Of a stretch of DNA of 64,000 bases, positions 63,038-64,000 are shown in pieces. Each line of letters opens with the position of its first letter. Positions within the stretch are counted from its first letter, which is position 1. Below the pieces are notes generated by a model that saw only the letters and a program-made list of their open reading frames with translations, was not told where the DNA came from and searched no databases. Origin of the DNA: Arcobacteraceae bacterium. Lineage in GTDB: Bacteria; Campylobacterota; Campylobacteria; Campylobacterales; Arcobacteraceae. The stretch is taken from positions 576,001 to 640,000 of the forward strand of contig OY759974.1 in assembly GCA_963662945.1 (NCBI GenBank), read 5' to 3'. A program made the translations under genes and the position numbers.

Positions 63038-64000
63038 TTATCCATCAATTCGTAAAATAGTTTTACCGTATCGGATACTCCAACCAAGAAATAAAACAAT
63101 CCATAAAATGATACTTAAATGGAAAAAACCCATAAAAAAGTTATACTCACTTAAATATAAAAGAGACCCCAATATTCGTGAAACAATAACAACTTGCAAT
63201 AGTACAAAAAGAGCTATTGTAAATTTATCTGCAACTATTTTTTGTGCAGGTACAGCATGACCCATAATAACACGACTACCAAAACCAATCAAAAGATTAA
63301 GAACAAACCCCAAAGCAAAAATATGTAAAGAAAGCTTCATAGTATAAATTTCTAATACAGCTTCTAAAAAATAAACCACAACGCCTAAATAGAACCAAAA
63401 AAATGAAACTACTAAAATAGAGATAATTGCAGGGGTTTTGCTGTAAATATTAAGATTAAATATTATGTATCCAAAAAATCCAAGAGCTATGAGTGCTATA
63501 ACTTTTGAAAAAAATATCAACTCAAACTGCAATACTATCCCTATAAAAAAAAGTAAAATTAAAGAAAACTCTAAAGTAAACTTTGGTTTTTGCCACTTTG
63601 GTTTTTGGGTATAAAGAGCGTAAAAATTAGGTACCATTTTTAAAGCGACTAAAAAAACTGTACTTAAAAGGTACCCATAAAATATCAAAATAGATAAATC
63701 TTTTTTAAAAGCAATCTCACATATAAGTATCCATGAAGCTACAAAAAGTAATAAAGTTAAAAGATAACTCTCTTTTTTATCTATACTGTATCCCTTTAAG
63801 ATTATATTATGAAATAAGATTACAGTAAGCAAAAGAGTCGTAACAGTTATTAATTTACCTAAAAAAACAAAATCAAATAATACTAAAATGACTCCTATTT
63901 GATACAAGACCCATAAGGGTAAGTATCTTTGTTTTCGTATCACTTGAGATGTAGAATATTTAGGAATAACTGTAATTAAAAATCCCAAAAAGGCATTGGT
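63038..64000 (-). CDS. nnrS: NnrS-family membrane protein (5' end outside the window)
   Basis: GFLITV.P, H.FALG and SRVIMGH motifs; many TM helices; NO-response context. Confidence 0.75.
   Translation of the reverse strand, partial: TNAFLGFLITVIPKYSTSQVIRKQRYLPLWVLYQIGVILVLFDFVFLGKLITVTTLLLTVILFHNIILKGYSIDKKESYLLTLLLFVASWILICEIAFKKDLSILIFYGYLLSTVFLVALKMVPNFYALYTQKPKWQKPKFTLEFSLILLFFIGIVLQFELIFFSKVIALIALGFFGYIIFNLNIYSKTPAIISILVVSFFWFYLGVVVYFLEAVLEIYTMKLSLHIFALGFVLNLLIGFGSRVIMGHAVPAQKIVADKFTIALFVLLQVVIVSRILGSLLYLSEYNFFMGFFHLSIILWIVLFLGWSIRYGKTILRIDG

Overview
Very AT-rich chromosomal segment of a Campylobacterota (Epsilonproteobacteria) genome, most consistent with Arcobacteraceae from gene content and order (inference). 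Four blocks: (1) 1-12.8 kb, a RimK ATP-grasp locus with two RimB-like aspartic proteases, two metallopeptidases, two MscS, CorA, MgtE, DUF2156, GNAT and glutaminase; (2) 13-23 kb, an accessory block with an LRR-Roc-COR-TIR (Roco) gene carrying 15 near-identical 66-bp repeats, an identical 20-bp operator-like site in two promoters, DNA-processing genes and a NUDT16-like Nudix hydrolase; (3) 23-37.8 kb, housekeeping genes (alr, argB, gltBD, glnA, yggS, lolC/E, secA); (4) 38.4-64 kb, a nitrate/NO respiration island (Crp/Fnr regulator, napAGHBF-orf-LD, moaCDE, cytochromes c, nitrate-sensing signalling proteins, norE/F, norCBDQ, Rrf2, tsaA, nnrS). The main unannotated signals are two paralogous ~70-90 nt stem-loop RNAs that display an anti-Shine-Dalgarno loop behind identical FNR-type class II promoters, an eight-site FNR/Nss-box regulon with invariant 22-nt spacing, a duplicated nor operator, and the shared 20-bp operator in front of the Roco-TIR gene. 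No CRISPR array, intact tRNA/rRNA or transposase was seen. All calls come from reading motifs by eye; no searches were run.
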